Under the pieces are notes generated by a model. It ran no database searches, had not been told where the DNA came from, and saw only the letters and a list, made by a program, of their open reading frames with translations. Made by a program: the position numbers and the translations under genes. A stretch of DNA of 64,000 nucleotides from an uncultured Gemmatimonadales bacterium. Its GTDB lineage: Bacteria > Gemmatimonadota > Gemmatimonadetes > Palauibacterales > Palauibacteraceae. Below are positions 59,981 to 64,000 of this stretch, one piece after another; position 1 is the first letter of the stretch, and each line of letters starts with the position of its first letter. The stretch spans positions 64,001 through 128,000 of the forward strand of contig CAWANJ010000007.1 of the NCBI GenBank assembly GCA_963783385.1, read 5' to 3'.

Positions 59981-61204
59981 ATGAGCGATTCCGGCCAAGT
60001 ATCGGCTCTCGGCCCTCCCGTCCCCATCCGCTTCAGCGAGGACGGCCGAGGTCTCGTCATCCTGGACCAGACCGAGCTCCCCGGGAGGGAAGTGGAGCGG
60101 GAGCTCCGCGACCTGGCATCCATGTCCGAGGCGATCCGGAGCCTCCGGGTGCGGGGCGCGCCCCTCATCGGGATCACCGCCGCCATGGGCGTGGCGGCCC
60201 TGGCCCGGGACGTGGCCGACCGGACAGACTGTGGGCCCGGCTCCGGCGAGGGGGAGTCGTCGGCCGCAGACCTCCGCTTCGCCGTCGCCGAATGGTGCGC
60301 CGCGCTCGAAGCGACCCGGCCGACCGCCGTGAACCTGGCCTGGGCGCTGGACAGAATGCGCCGGGTGGCCGGCCCGGAAGTCGAGCGCGGCCGGGACGTG
60401 GAGCCTCCATCGACGGGTGACGACGCGCGGATGGTGGACGCCCTGTCGGATCGCCTCCGCCGTGAGGCCGAGGCGATCCTGGCGGAGGATCGCGACATGT
60501 GCCGCCGGATCGGGGAGCACGCCCTCGCGCTGCTCGACGAGAGTGGCGGCGGGGACGAGGCGGAGCGCGCGGGCGGCACCGTGCTCACGCACTGCAACGC
60601 CGGGGCGCTGGCCACGGGCGGGATCGGGACGGCGCTCGCCCCCATCTATCTGGCCGCCGAGCGCGGCCGGCCGCTGCGCGTCGTGGCGGACGAGACCCGG
60701 CCCCTCCTCCAGGGGAGCCGGCTCACCGCCTGGGAGCTCCGCCGCGCCGGCGTGGACGTCACGGTGATCGCCGACGGGGCGGCCGGGGCGCGACTGGCCT
60801 CGGGGGGCGTGGACGCGGTGCTCGTGGGCGCCGACCGGATCGCGGCCAACGGGGACGTGGCCAACAAGGTGGGCACCTACTCGCTGGCGGTCCTGGCCCG
60901 GCACCACGGCGTACCCGTCTACGTGCTCGCGCCCACCTCCACTGTCGACCTCTCCACCCCGACGGGGGCCGACATCCCGATCGAGATCCGCGACCCCGAC
61001 GAAGTCCGCCACGCCGGGGGCCGTCTCACGGCGCCCGAGGAGGTGGACGTGTGGAGTCCGGCGTTCGACGTGACGCCCGCCGACCTGGTGACGGCGATCG
61101 TGACCGAGCAGGGGGTGTGCCGGCCCCCGTACGGACCCTGCCTGTCCGTCGCGGTGCGAAGAACCGACGAGGCTCGGGCCGCCGCTGCCGGGGCGGCCGG
61201 ATGA
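59981..61204 (+). CDS. mtnA: S-methyl-5-thioribose-1-phosphate isomerase
   Basis: LDQT, VRGAPLIG, RPTAVNL, LTHCNAG, ETRPLLQG, GADRIAANGDVANKVGT, PAFDVTP. Confidence 0.96.
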   Translation: MSDSGQVSALGPPVPIRFSEDGRGLVILDQTELPGREVERELRDLASMSEAIRSLRVRGAPLIGITAAMGVAALARDVADRTDCGPGSGEGESSAADLRFAVAEWCAALEATRPTAVNLAWALDRMRRVAGPEVERGRDVEPPSTGDDARMVDALSDRLRREAEAILAEDRDMCRRIGEHALALLDESGGGDEAERAGGTVLTHCNAGALATGGIGTALAPIYLAAERGRPLRVVADETRPLLQGSRLTAWELRRAGVDVTVIADGAAGARLASGGVDAVLVGADRIAANGDVANKVGTYSLAVLARHHGVPVYVLAPTSTVDLSTPTGADIPIEIRDPDEVRHAGGRLTAPEEVDVWSPAFDVTPADLVTAIVTEQGVCRPPYGPCLSVAVRRTDEARAAAAGAAG

Positions 61205-61881
61205 CGCGGATCGGCGGGGCGTCGAGGCACGAGCGCGCCGGTCCCGATCCGGACCTCGAGCGGAAGCTCAGGGCCCGCCTGTGCCGCGTGGGGCGCCAGC
61301 TCCACGAAGCCGGCCTCATCGCCGGGAGGTGCGGCAACCTGTCCGTGCGGCTCGGAGAGGGTCGACTGCTGGTGACTCCGAGGGGCGTGCCCAAGGGGCG
61401 CATGGAGCTCCACGATCCGGTCCTGGTCTCGCTACCCGAGCCGACGGAGGAGGAGCGCGCCGCGGCGAGCACCGAGCTCCCCTGCCACCTGGCGTGCTAC
61501 CGGGCCGGGGTCGACGTGGGCGCGGTGGTCCACGCCCACGCTCCCGCCCTCACGGCGGCGGGGCTGCGCGGGCTCGACATCGGGAGCCTGCTCCCGGAAG
61601 TGCAGGAGGCCACCGGGAAGATCGCGACGGCTCCCTTCGCCCCGAGCGGGAGCGAGGCGCTCGCGGAGGAGGTGGGCGAGGCGGTGGCCGGCGGCGGGAG
61701 GGTCGTCCTCCTGTCCCGCCACGGCGTCCTGGTCACGGGCCTCGACCCCGAGTCCGCGCGCGACCGGCTGGAGCTGGCCGAGCTCTCGGCCGCGGCGTGC
61801 CTCCTGGCCCGGGAGCCCGGCATGGAGATGGACCTGGGGCCCGTCGTCGAGCGCTACCGGAGGCTGTCGGGGGGCTCCTGA
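61201..61881 (+). CDS. Class II aldolase/adducin family protein
   Basis: ATGA overlap with mtnA; GNLSVR, VTP, STELPCH, VVHAH, LLSRHG. Confidence 0.9.
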   Translation: MTRIGGASRHERAGPDPDLERKLRARLCRVGRQLHEAGLIAGRCGNLSVRLGEGRLLVTPRGVPKGRMELHDPVLVSLPEPTEEERAAASTELPCHLACYRAGVDVGAVVHAHAPALTAAGLRGLDIGSLLPEVQEATGKIATAPFAPSGSEALAEEVGEAVAGGGRVVLLSRHGVLVTGLDPESARDRLELAELSAAACLLAREPGMEMDLGPVVERYRRLSGGS

Positions 61882-61941
61882 CCCGCCCCGGCGCGCCCCG
61901 GCGTCGCCAGCAGGGAGCGTCCGGGCCGCGGGCTCACCGGC

Positions 61942-63441
61942 TCACGGCTGCGTGCCGGGCGGCTTCTCGCCCACCACCCACTTGATCGTGCGTCCGGCCG
62001 GGATCGTCTCGCCCGGCGCGACCTGGTTCATGATGGCGAGCGTCTGCGCGTCCACCGGCGACGCCTTGCTACCGGCCAGCTCGGCGATCGTGGTGGCGCG
62101 CGACGGCGTGTACAGCTGGACGTGCATCGGCTTCACGTCCAGGGCCTTCGAGTCCGTGAGACGGTCGAAGCTCCGGATCGTCGCCTCGAACGTGCTCCCG
62201 AAGGAGGACAGTTTTCCTGCCTGCGTGTAGCCCAGGATCCGGTACACGTGCCCGCCGTACCCGATGAAGCTGGCCACCCCGTCCAGCTGGCCCTGCTGCG
62301 TGCTGGCGCTGAACTGGCCGATGATGGCCGGGAAGCCGTGGATCGTGGTGCGCGAGACGCCGCTGGCCTGCATGCCCTGCTGCGAGAAGAAGGCGCTCGC
62401 CGCCGCGTCCTCGGAGCCCGCCGAGTCGGCCAGCGTGAGCTCGAGGATCGCGTCCTGGCCCGGGCTCTGGGCGGCCACCGCCTGCGGCATGTTCTGGGTC
62501 TGCCAGCCGTCGGGGAACTCGATCCGGAACTTCAGGTCGGGGTGCAGGAAGAGGGCGCCCTGGAAGTAGCCCTGGCGCGGGTCCGGTCCGAACACGATGC
62601 CGTCGATGTGCTTCAGGTAGGCGTCGCGATCCACCTTCCCCGAGCGCTCCGAGGCGGGCAGGGTGTCGATCTGCTGGCGGATGTCCTGGATCCGGTTCTG
62701 GGGCGCCGGGTGCGTGGCCAGCCACGACGGGACCCCGCTCCCGCCGGCCGCCTGCTCCTGGCGATCCAGCATCTCGAACACCCCGATCGCCTGGTTCGGG
62801 TCGTAGCCGTCCTTGACCGCGTAACGGATGCCGAGCGCGTCGGCCTGCTGCTCGTCATCCCGGCTGTACTTGAGGAACAGCACCTGGAGCCCGCCCGACA
62901 GGAGGCCGCCGAACTGGCGGATGGGCTTCACGAAAATGGCGCCGAGCCCGAGGCCGAGCTGGGCCAGCTCCTGCCGGCTGATCTGCTGCACCGAGTGGCG
63001 CGCGGTCACGTGGCCGGTCTCGTGCCCCATGATGATGGCCAGCTGGGCTTCATTGTCCAGGTAGGGCAGGATTCCGCGCGTCACGAAGATGAAGCCGCCC
63101 GGGAGCGCGAAGGCGTTCACGACCGGCTCGTCGGCGACCTGGTAGCTCCACGGGAGGTCGGGCCGCTCGGACACCCGGGCCAGGCTGAGGCCGACCTGCT
63201 GCACGTACGCCTCGAGCCCGGGATCCTGGTAGACGCCGATGGTCTGGCGCACCTGCGCGGCGCCCTGCTGCCCCATCTGGATTTCCTGGCCCTGGCCGAT
63301 CAGGGAGAGCTGGGACTCTCCCGTGGCCGGGTTGGTGGCACAGCTGCCCAGGGGCAGGGCGGCGAGGCACACGGCGGCGGCCAGACCCGGGAGGCGCGGC
63401 GTACGGTGGGTCCGGCGGCGAGGTGTTCGGTGTCGGGTCAT
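61942..63441 (-). CDS. M48 family zinc metalloprotease, lipoprotein
   Basis: LGSC-ATNPATG, NAFALPGG, HETGH, YSRDDEQQAD, ATHP. Confidence 0.93.
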   Translation of the reverse strand: MTRHRTPRRRTHRTPRLPGLAAAVCLAALPLGSCATNPATGESQLSLIGQGQEIQMGQQGAAQVRQTIGVYQDPGLEAYVQQVGLSLARVSERPDLPWSYQVADEPVVNAFALPGGFIFVTRGILPYLDNEAQLAIIMGHETGHVTARHSVQQISRQELAQLGLGLGAIFVKPIRQFGGLLSGGLQVLFLKYSRDDEQQADALGIRYAVKDGYDPNQAIGVFEMLDRQEQAAGGSGVPSWLATHPAPQNRIQDIRQQIDTLPASERSGKVDRDAYLKHIDGIVFGPDPRQGYFQGALFLHPDLKFRIEFPDGWQTQNMPQAVAAQSPGQDAILELTLADSAGSEDAAASAFFSQQGMQASGVSRTTIHGFPAIIGQFSASTQQGQLDGVASFIGYGGHVYRILGYTQAGKLSSFGSTFEATIRSFDRLTDSKALDVKPMHVQLYTPSRATTIAELAGSKASPVDAQTLAIMNQVAPGETIPAGRTIKWVVGEKPPGTQP

Positions 63442-63591
63442 TGGAGCGTGGCCTCCGGCTGGAGGGGCGGTTCGGTGCGGGGGCGTACCGAATCCTACAG
63501 CCACAGAGAGGGAAGGATCGTGCCAGGTGCGCGAAGGACGGGCGCGGGTTCGCCGCACCCGCGCCCGTGCGTGGCGTCCGGGGCTCCGGCC

Positions 63592-64000
63592 TCACGCGTT
63601 GTGGCCGTCCCAGGTCAGGCTCGAGTGGATCGTGTGGTCGCACACGGTGCCGTCGACGGTGCGGGTGTGGGCCGCCGGATCCAGCTGACCCTGGATGTCG
63701 ATGTCGCAGGTGCCGCTGGTCCCGTCGGGTTTCACCCAGCCCACCGAACCCTTGAGCGACCAGGTTTGGAGGCCGCTCGGCAGCCCGCTCACCCTCTGGC
63801 GGTGCGCGGCCAGCTGCAGGTTCGGGTTGCCGGTGAGGGTGATGTGCGTGCCCCGGATGTTCCGCACGCAGCCGTCGTGGGTCACGGTGGCCTGGAAGTC
63901 GGCGGTGAGCGTGTGCGTGTCGGTGTCGAAGGTGTGGGAGATGTCGCCGTCGACCGTCAGGCTCCCGCCCAGGCGACAGTCCCGCTGGGTGTGGAAGGTG
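63592..64000 (-). CDS. Hypothetical protein, 5' end outside the window
   Basis: Coding-like Thr/Cys-rich frame on the minus strand that extends to the window edge. Confidence 0.6.
   Translation of the reverse strand, partial: TFHTQRDCRLGGSLTVDGDISHTFDTDTHTLTADFQATVTHDGCVRNIRGTHITLTGNPNLQLAAHRQRVSGLPSGLQTWSLKGSVGWVKPDGTSGTCDIDIQGQLDPAAHTRTVDGTVCDHTIHSSLTWDGHNA

Noticed and set aside
431-63885. Many long overlapping ORFs (e.g. 1493..4009 -, 20983..23244 -, 24034..26328 -, 46690..49131 -, 42453..44756 +)
   Set aside because: Arg/Pro/Gly-rich shadow frames expected in very GC-rich DNA; each overlaps a motif-supported gene.

Overview
High-GC bacterial chromosomal window. Gene content suggests a diderm such as Gemmatimonadota (inference only). 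It carries sulfate activation genes (cysC, cysQ) divergent from a large SLBB polysaccharide-export gene, then serA and lptFG. A long LPS/surface-glycan region follows (GT9, PorX-like REC-PglZ, MsbA-like ABC, two GT87, Kdo/WaaP kinase, GT2/GT4, lipid A acyltransferase), interrupted by a three-hydrolase block. Further on are a CorC/TPR/cytochrome c/dehydrogenase/thiolase run, recF-dciA-gyrB, thyX, accessory lipoprotein genes, and mtnA plus a class II aldolase. About ten single-base frameshifts, one in essential lptG, point to consensus errors. Two things stand out. (1) A ~110-120 bp DNA element occurs three times (9.6, 17.0, 23.3 kb), each built as hairpin + six WTGNCAW heptads at an exact 10-bp period + conserved tail; two copies sit between convergent genes. 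(2) A minimal two-gene RiPP locus (49.4-51.7 kb): an NHLP-leader precursor with an N-terminal twin-arginine-like signal, and a stand-alone LanM-type dehydratase with no cyclase, transporter or protease. No rRNA, tRNA, CRISPR array or transposase was recognised.
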